DNA from: Nemertoderma westbladi
Lineage: Eukaryota > Animalia > Xenacoelomorpha
Length of the DNA stretch: 58,000 nt
Direction of reading: 5' to 3'
Assembly (NCBI GenBank): GCA_032718475.1
Contig: JAUCBJ010002235.1
Span: forward strand, 1 to 58,000
The number at the start of each line of letters is the position of its first letter. Within the stretch, counting starts at the first letter, position 1. Below the pieces are notes generated by a model that saw nothing but the letters and a program-made list of their open reading frames with translations, made no database searches and was not told the DNA's origin. Positions 36,083 to 48,998 of the stretch are shown piece by piece. Position numbers and translations under genes: made by a program.

Positions 36083-39000
36083 TTATAAGTTAAACTGGTC
36101 TGTCCCAATTAACATCGCAATGGAACGATAATTAACAGGACATTCCGGTATTCCAAGGTGTCGGAAATACTTACGATCTTCCGGTGATTGCTCTGGCACA
36201 GGGCCGAGCAAGTTACTAAAGTCCTTCGTAGCTGCAAAGGTCAAATTTCTTACCGGAAGTAATGAGCGCTCCTCCTTGCTGTGTTCCGCTTTGGAAAGAA
36301 GAGTGTCTAAGGTTAGTTTTACTCTTGTCACAGGGATCGCTCTCTTACCATGCATGCTGCTTACAGTATACTGAGCAGTCTTACCTTGACTCATGTCCGT
36401 AACCACGTCGGCTACTTGTTCGTCGACATAACTATGCGATGACGCAGAGTCTAAGATAGCGTATATACGCTTGCTCCCTCGGGTTCCGGTAATCTTTATA
36501 GGGATCACACTAAACCCTTTCAATTGGTTCTGTGTGAGGAGCGTTATCAATGGTTGTTCCTCACCTGCATGCACGTAGAAAGTGTCGTCTTCCTCCTCGT
36601 CCTCATCCGATGATCCTGACTGATCCATACAGTCTGCATAAAAGGTACGGATCTCGCGCGGCGCACGCTCCTTATAAAGCGCGTCGCATCTAGCCGCTTT
36701 ATCTGGATACTCTCGTCGAAAGCGTCTGGTCGGAGTATGACTGGTTGTGTGGAGCAACGCGTCATGGTTACGTCCACACTGAGGACATGTATCGTCGCTC
36801 GGGCAATCCTTCCGGACGTGTCCTGGCTTCATACATCTCCAGCAGGAATCTAACGATCGAATTTGGAGTCTCCTTTCTTCAATCCCTAACTCCTTAAAAG
36901 CGCGACATCCACGAAGTTTATGTCCGCTATGGTTTCTGCCGTTCCGCTCGCAGTATGAGCATCCCGCAAAGTCCGCCGGCAACTGTTGTCGTGGCTGCGT
37001 GGTGCCGATAGGCGTCAGAACTTTAGAAGTCTCAGTAGGGGTGGCGTAGGTAACGGCTTTCGCGTTCGTCGGAAATGGTTTGGTCCGAGTCGGCGCAGAA
37101 ATAGCTATCCCTTCCGCCGCGATATGGTGATCGGTATAGTTCGATCGAGTCTCGATCACGGCCTCCCGTGAAATCAGTTGGTAGACGTCGGTGAGTTTTA
37201 AAAGCCCGCCGGCCTCTTCACGCTGGTACTCGATGCGTCGCCATTCTCGTCGGAGTCGATGATGATGTCGACCGATTATCCTGATGAGAACCGTCGGTGC
37301 GTTAGTGTATTCGAGTTGTCCAATGGACCGTAAAGTCCCTATAGCATTTTTGATTTCGTCCGCGAGTCGTAGAAGGTCGATCGGTTTCGAAATGCTGCCT
37401 CCTCTACAGAGGTCTTCGATAATGGATTTAGCCATGGCGACGTTACCTCCGTAAATCGAATATAAACGGTCGTACACCAACTCAAAGGCATCGGGAACAC
37501 CAATGAAGGTTTCCGCTAATCGTTTCGGCTCACCAGACAGGACTTGGAGCAAGTAATTAAACTTATCCGGCGAGGTGAAAGCACACTTAGCGATCTGGGA
37601 CTCTACGTAGTCTACCAGTGTGCGCCAGTGTTTCGCGTTGCCAGAGAACTTCGGTGGTTGCTGTGCCGGTAATCCGTGTCTAGCCGCGAATTTCGCAATC
37701 TCGCTAACCAAATCCAACTGTCCGCGTCCCTGTTCGGCGGCGTCGTCCAGTCGCTCCCTTCCGCGCGTTGGTGGTCGGTAGGAATTATTAACGGGATCTT
37801 CTTCTCGATGGGTCGGAGTCTGTCTAGTCTCCTGTTCTCTCCTTGGTGGTCGATGTTGTCTAGGTTGTTCCAACTCCATGCTGGTTCGTGATCGATCTGA
37901 CGGTTGCACTTCGAGTCGTTCTTCGAGTTGAGCTATTCGGTCTGTCATCTCGGTGAACTGTTTGGCGCTGATCGTTTCCGCTGGTTTCAACGTGGGTTTC
38001 TGTTGGGGTGTTTCTCGTGGAGGATTATAGATATAGGTGTTCATCGATCGTTCCTCTCGTTTGTAATCATCCGCTGCTCCAGTATGGAATATTTCCCGTT
38101 CCGTCGACTCCGAGTCGCTAGATGAATCGCTGTCGTCTGGATAAGGTGGTTGGCGGGTTCGCGTACGGCGTATTATTCTTGGTCTCGTCCATTGTGGTCT
38201 GGAATCTACGGCTCTCCGTTGTTCGGTAGGCTCGCAAGCCTTCCACGAAGTCGTAGGTCTCGTTATATGTTGTCCGATCCAGTGGGTACTACCCACATCC
38301 ATCCTCCTCCGTTGTTCGGTAGTTATGTTACTTGCTAAAATTGGCGATGAAGTCGCCCTAGGTTGCGGTATTTCCGTCACAACAAACCTGTTGCCTTGCG
38401 TCGAACGCACAGGCGTTATTTCCTTAGGTTTCGTAACAAAGACCGGTTTTATCGAAGTCGCGGGTTTGAGCATAGGAATAACTTGGGGAAAACGTCTACA
38501 GTAATCCTCGACGAACTCCTCTCCTCGATCTATAGCTCCCACACTTCCTTCCTCGATTCGCTTTTGAATTCCGCGATATCGAGCTTCCATACGATCCAGG
38601 GCAGACAAGTCGTGTCCAGCTTGCGATCTGATAGATCTATCTCTCGCGTCGAGTTCAAGGTCCGCTTGCGCGTTCGCTGCCTCGCGCGATCTACGATTCA
38701 ACTCGAACTGTAATTGCATCTCCCTTTCGCGTCGATCCGCTGCTTATTGTTGTGCCGCTAACTCCACTTCCTGTATAGCTAAACGAGTGGCTATTTGTCG
38801 TGCCTCCAACTTGGCGCGAGCGTCGGATGCTGCTTTCTTCCGTGCTAATTCTTCGGCTGCCGCCGATGCGGCTGCTTCTTGCGCTAAGTCTTCTTCTAGT
38901 CTCCTCATCTCTGAGGATTCTAATTCGGCTTGCGCCTTGAGTTGCGCAATTCTCGTCTCATCCTCTCTATGTTGTTTCTCTCCCTCGATGGCGATCTGTG

Positions 39001-39889
39001 CCATCCTCTGTTGCGCTTCTTCCTCGACGACTTGTTGTCGGCGTGCAACCTCCTGTTGTTGTCGAGTAATTACAGACGCTGTCCTACTAACGTCGCCAAC
39101 GTCGCTCCGCATGCTAACGAACGATCTATCCAGTGGTGGATGCTGGTAGGCTCGCGAGCCTTCCGTAGTGAGAACTTCCGTCGTCCCTCGCGGTTCGACT
39201 TCCGGTTCTTCGATCGGTACGCCGCATCTATGAAGAAAATTGGTGAGTGTCTCTAACCTCCCGTCCAGGCAGTAGAGTTCTTCTTCCTCTTCGGGTTGTA
39301 ACAACGCGTCCGAAACTGACTCACCTAGCAGTTGGTCGAACTGCTCCTGTTGAGCCAATCTTATCACCGACTTAAACTGGATAAGGCTTTCTCTCGCACT
39401 TACCAACTTGTCTATTATCTTTACCTGAGTAAAGTTATCGCCACGCAACTCTGCAAGTTCGTGTAAACCTTTAAGTTTATCTACGGAGGCATGTACCCTA
39501 CTTTCTATCCTTACCTGTAAGGTGTAGAACTCGTATCTCGACATCGGGGCGGTTAACGCGCGTAAAACGCGAAAACCTTCTCCGAGGTTCCGAGTAATCT
39601 GGGCCATGTGTCCTCCTATACTCCTAATAACGTTCTCCTGGCTTCCAGTCGAACTTACCATGTCCGGTTCCCGCGATCTAGTCTGCGGGACGGTAAGGAA
39701 ATCTTCGATTCTGCCGTCGCCACGCGTTGCGGCTTCCGGTATTTCCGTTCGGGGTACCGGCGACGCAAGTGGTGTGACATCGGTGGAATCTCGGGTTCTC
39801 CTTCTCGTTTCGTCTACTGTCGATCTGTCCGGGTCGCACGAGTCATAGTCGGTAGGTGGGTATCTCATCGAATGGGGTGTGTCACTCAT
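36083..39889 (-). pseudogene. E2 gag-protease with one in-frame nonsense codon (TAA 38744-38746), truncated at the minisatellite
   Basis: The 381-aa and 878-aa ORFs are in the same frame, separated by one TAA in a CAA run. Homology ends at DQFNL. Confidence 0.92.
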
Positions 39890-40798
39890 GTCTTATTATA
39901 TACGTCAAGTACGGGTAATAAAATGTCAAAGTTCTGAAGTGTTGAAGTGTCAAACTTACCTTGGTATATATAATAGATATATATATACCCTAACCGGTAC
40001 AAATAAATCAACAAAGTCAGAATGTCGAAATGTCAAAATGGCGAAATGTCGAAATGTCAAACTTACCTTGATATATATATATATCATATATATACCCTAA
40101 CCGGTACAAATAAAACTAACAAAGTATATAATAAAATAAGTAATAATCTAGCCTACCGGCTAAATTTGTACGAATAAATGAGATAACGGTATAAGTTACC
40201 AAAATGTAGATCAACAAGTACAAATAATAGGCAAAACAGCAACGTCTAACGGGAAAATAAGTACCAACAACACTACTAATAGACAGTGAAACCCACAAAT
40301 TTTGAGTACTACTGTGCTTTCTTAAGTTTGAACGACACGAGTCGTAAAACTTACGTTCCTTTGATCTTCCAGTCGTGCAAATTCCCAAATACAAACCGGA
40401 CGTGGGTCTTTCCGTTTTTCGGCGGCGCGGACGAATTTGTTGTCTCCCAAACATTGCGAAAAGCGGTCTAATCCTCGAAGCGGTCCAGAAATGAGTCCTT
40501 GAGTCCTGAAAGGTCGAAGGTGAGAGTTTTACTTCTACGCTACGAAAAATCTTCCTAGGTACTGATACAACTTGGTCTTTAAACCCTATGTACCTTTTCA
40601 AGTACCGAAAAGTAACACCGCACACACACGGCGTAAAACAAAATGCTACAAACTAACTATTAGCTAGTCAAATATTAAATACAAAAGTACTAGCTACCCT
40701 AAAAGCCTACTGAAGCAGGGGACGTTCTACAAATTACTAAATTTACTAACCTTAAATTTTAAATATCTCCTACTTTCAATAGCTAACAGATCTAAACA

Positions 40799-41104
40799 AT
40801 ACTATACACTACGGTAGAAATATTATACACTAATTTATATAAATATTTTTCACTTACAATAGCTAACTATATTTATATATATATCTCACCCTAAAATGCG
40901 CACGCACCTTCGGTCGAGATATTTAATAAAATATTTCTCACTGTAAGGTGAGAATACTATACACTACGGTAGAAATACTATACACTAATTTATATAAAAT
41001 ATTTCTTACTTACAATAGCTAACTATATTTATATATATATATCACCCTAAAATGCGCACGCACCTTCGGTCGAGATATTTAATAAAATATTTCTCACTGT
41101 AAGG
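40799..41104. repeat. 156-bp tandem duplication spanning the E2 LTR end and PBS position
   Basis: ATATTTCTCACTGTAAGG occurs at 40931 and 41087. Confidence 0.9.
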
Positions 41105-43107
41105 TCCAGTAGTATACCGCTTACCAGATCCTAGTAACGATGTATCTTACCGTAAGATCTAGTAATGTATACGGGCTCGTACAGTATCTGACAACAAATC
41201 CCAGTCCAGGATATCTAAACAAACAGATACAATACACAAACTACTACTGGCGAGGAACAGAGCCTAGTGTCTATTCTACGTACGTGAGCGGGTCTAATGC
41301 CTATGAACTAGACAGAAGGAAACCTGTCCTCTAACCGGTGAGGCAGATGTACAGTTACAGTAACAGACCAAACTCACGGGAAAACAATCCCCGCGCAGCG
41401 AATCCTAACTATCGCTGACAGTCCTAAATACCGTAACTTGCCGCCGTGTGATTTATATGGTTTATATACGAGCTAGTTGGTTAACAGACCTAGCGTAACA
41501 ACACTGATTCAGTCCTAAATCAGTCGAAAAGGGGTCGTGCCTAATGTAAAAATACTGCTGAGCAGAAAACAACAGTTTAATAACGAAAATGAAATACTCC
41601 TTATTGCCGTAGTAACTAAATATCAGATCCTAATTTACAAATACAGATAAATTCTACCTAAAGTAATATATAGTACGCTATAACTAGTAGAATTCTAAGG
41701 GTAAATATGTTTTAGGGCGTGTGTGTGTGGGTGTGTTACAATAAAACAATTTTGGTGTATATCTTTTCACTAGGTTTTAGTGATTTTCTGACCGAAATGA
41801 TACCGTGCGCTAGCTACTAAAATGAACTAGTCGCGTTTTGTAGAACTTTATACTCACAAATGACGTCAAAGCTCTCTCCTTCCTATCCACAACTCAATGG
41901 GCAACCACAGTGTTAGTAACTACACCCGTGATCGGCACTAATACCAGATTCTGGTTGTAAGATAAGAAATAGGGGTTAATCGCTACCGTACGTTAGCTGA
42001 TCTGGTATACAAATTTAATTCTAGAACTTTGTTGCCGCGGTAGTTAGCAGCAAATACCTATCAGTACGTGGCAAGGCGCGGTAGGATATTAATAAAACCT
42101 CCCTAGGCCAAGCGGTGTGCCGGTAGCAGAAATCCTCCTTGCCTGATCAAATAACTAACTTCAGACAGGGGGGGGGGGGGGTGCTAATGTATGTTCTACA
42201 AAGCGAACCGGTACCAAACAGTCAGTACTACGAATCACTAAATTATGGAACATATGCTGTCCGTACCTATGTACTCGCGTACTGACGAATGGCAATAGCT
42301 CGCACCTATGAGAAATACAGGTTAACCCAGGGGTTCGCAGGACTGACAAAATAACTAAGCAGGACTGCCTAAATATAATTATTTGATCCTAAATTTTGCG
42401 GCGTCCAGGACGGCATCACGCTTACCCTGATCTATAGGTCTTACGGCGGGCAAGGGCGTCGAACAAAGTCTTACCTTCCTCATAAAGCGGGCGCTGCATG
42501 GCAAGTGGAGTATTTCGAAGGGCGAAGGGGGTGCGCAGTCAAATCCAATGTGGGCGCTAGCGTGTTGTGGACATCTTTCCCCTGCGTTGCTGACGGCCTA
42601 ACGGTCTAGGCTGCCATCTTCCCGATGTTTGGCTGTCCCAAGGTTGGACCAAAAGAAAACATGTTCAGGAGTTTGCAGTGTATTTACAGTTTAGCAAAAG
42701 GTTAAGCAAGTAGAAGTACAATGTGTGTGATAAGTGATAACCGAAGGCAAACCAGCCCTTTTTATACTAAATCTGGGACATAGAATTCACTAGAACCTTC
42801 GAGAGTATTCGATGGCCTCACATTGGAGCAATAAGATATTCCATGCCCTATGATTGGCCCAACTCATCGTTCGATACATTGTACGCACCTCATTGGCTTA
42901 CCAATCTGTACCAAATGAAAATAAATGGCCCCAAAATACAAATTTCCCGACCGGGATTCGAACTCGTAACCTATCTGTAATGTAACCAACTAGGGGTTTT
43001 ATGTATACAAATATGAATAGGCATATTACATTACTGTAACTTACTCAAAATGCGTCGGATTTTCGAAAGTTTTTACGTTAAAGTTAAACTACAAATGCTA
43101 TCTTATA
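41098..43107 (-). repeat. 5' LTR of E2 (~2.0 kb; boundaries inferred by analogy with E1)
   Basis: Plus-strand ends TGTAAG...CTTATA form an imperfect inverted repeat. Colinear conserved blocks, TATA, CCAAT and B box match the E1 LTR. Confidence 0.7.
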
Positions 43108-43262
43108 GTGAAATAATTCATCACACTGTATGAAAGTAAATAAAGTGAAAAGTTATCGATAAACGTGCAGCCGCAACAAACGCCGGAATCAACAATGGTT
43201 GTTACCAGTGCGGCAGCAACTAACTATCACGGTTTGAAAACTGCACTATTATTCAACCATTT

Positions 43263-44799
43263 TTAATGGCGATTATATTAGTGCATTGTATTAATGTAAT
43301 ATGTGAAGCCAGGAGTGTTACTGTATAATACTCTAAGGTCATAGTCGGTCGTAAGAATATGAGTCTATATTTGAACTGAGAATCATTCCTCAGTCAAGAA
43401 ATCTTTGGGTTTATGCATGTAAAGTCCCATACTTTACCAAAAAATAGTGCAATTTTTAATTTATACACAGAGAAGTAGTCTAACTAAGCCCACTCACCCA
43501 GTGGAATGCAAAGCACGTTTGTGTTGCGTCATCTTAAGAAACAATTACCTGTAGTTTCATAATCCACTCCCTCAGAAACATCATGATCACGGCCAAATGA
43601 AAATTGTCCCATACTTTACCATAATGGCGATTACATTTTACTGCACTGTATTAATGTAATATATGAAACCTGGAGGGCAGGAGTGTGATAGTAGTGGGAT
43701 AGTAGTGGGAAGCATAGAAGTATGTATTTGAACTAAGAATCATTCCTCAGTTAACTAATCATTGAGTTTATGCATGTAAAGTCCCGTACTTTACAACAAA
43801 TTTCGAAAAATTTAGTTTTTTAGCAGATAAGAAGATCGGTAAGTACAGTACAGTAATTGATACATTTTTAGAAAAATGGAAAGAATTTCTAAACTTTTCA
43901 CAGAATACATGTGTACCAAGTTTGGTTATACAGTATTTCATCAATGATTGGCGGACTTATTTCGGTTTTTATCAAAATTTTGAAAGTATCGGTACCAACA
44001 GACAGAATGTCTGATTTGATTCCTTAAACTTCAGATTATTTCCAAACTTTTGACACACTTCATACGTACCAAGTATGGAGTTATACAGTATTAGCGATCA
44101 AAAATTAGACAGATGACAGACAACTCCTCAACGGCATCCATATGCTAAGACTTCGGGTCAATTTGTGGGTCGCCCCACATTTTGCATCCATATCTTGGTT
44201 GGAAATACTTAGTTCCACTTTATTATCACTAATTATCCAGAAATTACTGTTATGTTAAGTGTAAGAGACCATTTTGACCATAAAATTCGTACAGGTCCCG
44301 TACTTTACCTAGCAATGTCCCATACTTTACCACACACACCACACTGTAAAAAATTAGCAATGTAGCAATTCGTCTAATATTTATATTTTTATTTAAGATA
44401 ATACAGCTTTATCCTAAACATCAACTCAACACGGTACCTGCGCACAATTCGCTAAATTTTAGAATTGAAATCATAAAATAAAAAAAAACATTTTTTACGA
44501 ATCCGTACTTTACCTTAATTGGACAAGCTGGTGTTTTCTCAAAAGTGACTAAGTCCCGCCATAAGCTTCGCGAAATCAAAGCTGATATTCGAAAGTTCAA
44601 TCCAAGCACAATTTTATGGACATATGTGCTGTGGATAACATTGTACAGGCAATCAAAGTTCAAAATTGTGTACGAATGTCCCGTACTTTACTTTGGAATG
44701 AGCCTAAACCGTGGAAGTTTTATAGCTGGCCCTTCCACCCACAATCAAGGAATTGAAAGACTTTGGAGAGATGCGTTGTATGCCACACGTAATATGTAA
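43263..44799. mobile_element. DNA-transposon remnant: ~360-bp direct duplication, repeated GTCCCRTACTTTAC motif and an integrase-core fragment
   Basis: Motif near 43424, 43606, 43781, 44296, 44317, 44502 and 44678. RGSFIAGPSTHNQGIERLWRD at ~44710-44772 resembles the NQRIERLW motif of IS3EU-like DDE transposases. Confidence 0.5.
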
Positions 44800-44887
44800 T
44801 TAACATAATAACTCATTAATTACAGGTTTTTTTTAAATTTCCTGATAACCCCCCCCCCCCCCCCCCCCCCCTTGCGAAATTGTTTAA

Positions 44888-46518
44888 GGGGGGGGGGTAC
44901 ACCCCCCTATGGACCTTTTTTGCAAATGGCTATAATTTCTGCTTGTGTGTAATTTTGTATATTTTATACCTTTCGGGGGATTAACATATGGCCAAAGATT
45001 GGGTTCAAAAAAAAAATTTTCAAATTTGCGTCGCCCTCTAGCGGCCACCAGCGAAATTGTTAATTTCACTAAAAACACTACTAGTCTCACAATTTTGGGC
45101 GAAAATTTTCGAAACTTGGTTTTTCTGAATCAGCATCCTCGGCTCCACAAAACTTATCGGTTACATTTTTTATTTAGGTCTTAAATATTTTTTAAATATT
45201 ATTAACTAATATTAATTATTACTTAATAGATATTAACTAATTTCAAGAAATTAATATGGCACAATTCAAAATTCTAACCGATAACTTTTGATCAAAACCC
45301 GAAAAGAAATCAAACAAAAAAAAAATTTCGAAAATTGGTTAAGAAATGGCTGAGTAGTAGTATTTTGAATGTGAAAAATACAATTCCGAGATAAACGCAT
45401 TTAAAGTTTAAGAACAATATATTTCAAATGTTCCCGCTATTTTCAGTACTGGTATCTCCTTTTCTTTTCCCATTGGTTATCCCCTATCCATATTTTGTGA
45501 TTTCTCAATGGATTTCATGAAATTTGGTTCAAAAAAACCCCTACCCACTTTTAACAACCTGTTAAAATAATTTTAGAGTGCTTGCCAAAAAACACTTCGC
45601 GCAGCACGTAAACAAATTACATTTTGGCGTATTGATTTGATCGCATACTATTTCGTCATTTAGTTATAAATAGTCATGGAATAATGAGATAACCTTAAGA
45701 AACATTCAAAATTATATACAAATTTCCACATAATTTTATAATAAGCCTTTACACAGAACATTAAGCTTTGCGCAGCACGTGAAACCTTCGCGCAGCACGT
45801 GAGACATTTGCGCAGCAGGTGAGACATTCGCGCAGCACGTGAAGGTTTCACGTAGCACTTAAATTCTTCATGAAGCACGTTAATTAATCGAGCACCTCGG
45901 AAAGCTTTTTGATCAGAATAAGAAGCCTTCACGCGGCACATGAAAAGTTCATGCTGCACATGAAGACTTCGCGCAGCACGTGAATTATTCTCAGAGCCTG
46001 CGGAATTTAAAAAAAATATGTTTATGGTTGTTTCCCAGAATAATTATTACTAGCTATTGTTATATGATGGTTCACATTTGTTATTACTAGTAGACAACTA
46101 GTCCATTAGACAACTGTTCAATATGTAATACAAAACTCTCAAATGTCTATTACATATATATTAATTAAATTTTGACAGACATGTTGACAGACAGACAGAC
46201 ATACAAACAGACAGACAAACTGAGAGACAGACTGAGATACAGAAATAGTGATTAGATAATTCCAAATATTAAAACAGACATCGACATTAAGAAAAATCCT
46301 AACAGTAAACAATTCAGATTGCTTATTTTATGCCCTTTTTAATATTTCGATGGACAGACAGACAGACATACAGACGGAAAACCAGCCATTACTCGAGAAG
46401 TAAAAGAGATCTCGCTAAGCCGTTTCCAGATTTGAAATCCGCATTAAATTCTACTCTAGATGAAATAAAAAAACAAAAAATGAAAATTTTGACCTGAGGG
46501 GGGGTGTACCCCCCCCCC
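44888..46518. mobile_element. Non-autonomous Kolobok-like DNA transposon
   Basis: TTAA TSD (44884-44887, 46519-46522); TIR GGGGGGGGGGTACACCCCCC with purine termini (piggyBac would have CC); internal CTTCGCGCAGCACGTGA repeats and CAGA microsatellites. Confidence 0.8.
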
Positions 46519-48998
46519 TTAAATGTTTGAACAAAAACATTGAATTGATTCAGTTAATTCAATTAATATTCTTCCCTAATTCAAAAATCTTAAATACATC
46601 ATGTATTACTAGTTTTGTTCGTCAGTCTAGATAGTGTTATTCAAACCAAAACAATAAACGAGACTCGATAGCACATGTTACAGATTAATTTTATACTAGT
46701 AATCAGCTGTAACTAAGGAACTATTGTCGCAGGACATTATGTCAAAGGACCTAACGACTATAGGACCTACAGTATGACGCATTACCTGATATAAATTATA
46801 GACGTAATTAGCGATGGTCATAAAGATGTCCTGCGTTGTTTTGATCTCGGTAGAGTAGCCCCCCGCACTTCTCCAATATAGTTTTTTGGCTTCGTCACAG
46901 ATAGATTTTTTTTCTTTTTACAGCAGCCATTATGTTTCTCCAGTAGAACTACAAAATATTTCGATAAGTGCTGCGACGCAGTGACCTAACGATGCAGTAC
47001 TTCTGAGACAGGACCTAACGCCATTTAGACATAATAACTGGGGGGGGGGGGGGGAATGTGAACTGAAAAATCGACGCCAATAACTGCTGATTCCTCCCAA
47101 AAATAAAACTGTAACCTGTTCTATTGAATATAGTTTATTGTTTTGATTAGAATAGCATGCGACTGTAAACTGCTCATTTCCCTTAATTGATAATTTAACA
47201 TTGAGGCGAGATATTTATACGCCGCGTAAGAATTTGCATCAAATCCCTCCCCCCCCCCCCCCCCCCCCCCTGTCTCATGAACACATATCTGTCTATGTCT
47301 ACTATAATAATACACTGGAATTATCAATCACCAAACCTCCGGCTCCGGGTGGAATTTTAGCTCTGCCGCATCCCTACCGTATACCGTATTATAAATGAAA
47401 TTATATTTAAACACAATGAAGATAAAACTTATTTTATGTGTCTCAATAAACACGATATTGCAACAAAATACATAAAAGTTTATAGAAAGTAAACAATGTG
47501 CAACTATGGTAACCGAATATATTCATAAACCGAAACCCATAATAAATAAAAAGGAGGCTAATGTGTAATGTTGTGGTGATGTGGGATCGAACCTGTGACT
47601 GTGACCACGCCGCGGACTGGTTATTGTAGAAGACGACTGAGGTTCGCCCCGTTTAAACTACACGAACAAAAATATATAATATATATTATTTAGTTTTTAT
47701 TCGTATATTAAATACGTATTGAATCAATTTAAGGCAGCAAATAGTCATTATAATCACTTAATTAAAAGTTATACTGAAAGTAATTAGAAGGGAACACTCC
47801 TAGCCTCCTCTTTATTTAAAAATAAATCATCTTACCATAAAGAAATAAACACAAAAAAAAATCATAAAAATATATTCCGGAGAGAATTGATACCGATTTC
47901 AAACGATGTCTGATAGGCCTAGACATAGACAGACAGACAATACTGCTGATTGTGGAAGATATTTAGTTACATAATTTTTAGATTTTACAAAGGTAACAGA
48001 TAGTACACACTGGATACCCGGAATCCATCAGGATATTTTTCCGTTAAAATTTTTCATGATATAAATTTACAAGGAGGCGAAATAATTCATATTCTATAAT
48101 TTATTTTTTATATTTTATTACTGATATGGAAGAAAAGTAGAAAATAAATTAGTGAAAATTATTAATCAATAAATAATTAATATAATAGTAATTAAAATTT
48201 AAACTCAAAATAATCATAAATGATACTCGAAACGCCGAACACCGCCTCTGTAACCTGCTCCTTTCCCTTACTGTTTTAAATTAAATTAATTTATCAAACC
48301 CACTAAACTAAACCACATTCGGTGTTTCCGGTCATTTTGCGCCATAGTCTTCCGGTTGGATATCCGGAAGAACCTACCGGATATCCGGCGCCCCTAACTC
48401 TATATGCCGCACGATTGGGAAGAATAAAATCCCGAATGTTCCGAATTTACGAAATAAAATGAGATCCAGAACGCCCTCTAGTTTCTTTAGTGTTTAAACG
48501 TAATCAGACTTTAATTCAGGGATTTCCGGGACCGGGATTATCGCTCTCGGGATCCCGTTTTTAGGGATCGGGATTGCAATTATGAATAAATTTCCTTTAA
48601 GTTAATAGTATAGAGGCGGGTTTTGTGTAACACTCACTTTATCGTGCAGTTCTGAAATATTAATATTAGTAAAATAAAGTTATGTTACAATTATTTAGCA
48701 ATTGTTTACCGGGTGGTTTACTGAAATACAAACTATATAGAATCAGAACAATTACGAACTGCTGGAACTATTTATCAGATGTTCAACATAATTCACTTAA
48801 CTATATTTACTTCGGGATCCCGTTCCAAAAGAAGTCGGGATTGGGACCGGGATTGCTTATTTCACCGGGATCCCGGTTTTCTCGGGATCCTGTTTATACA
48901 CTTTAGCTCCAATATACTCAACTCAAATAGCTAATGTAGTGAAAATAAATCTTGCAATATACCGATTATTAAAATAATTAAATATTATAATATATCAG

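Larger units (their letters stand above)
36083..43107 (-). mobile_element. BEL/Pao element E2, a diverged relative of E1: 5' LTR, leader, gag and protease; truncated before RT
   Basis: Protein is colinear with E1 gag-PR (MSD..PT.YDSCD, PPKFSG, knuckles, ILDSAS, LIGTDQFNL). LTR blocks are homologous to the E1 LTR. Confidence 0.92.

Noticed and set aside
38744-38746. Programmed stop-codon readthrough in E2 gag
   Set aside because: E1 has Gln codons at the equivalent site; a CAA>TAA mutation is the simplest explanation.
47575-47615. tRNA-derived SINE fragments (B box here; A-box-like sequence near 52850-52865)
   Set aside because: Isolated boxes without a recognisable body, tail or TSD; too weak to annotate.
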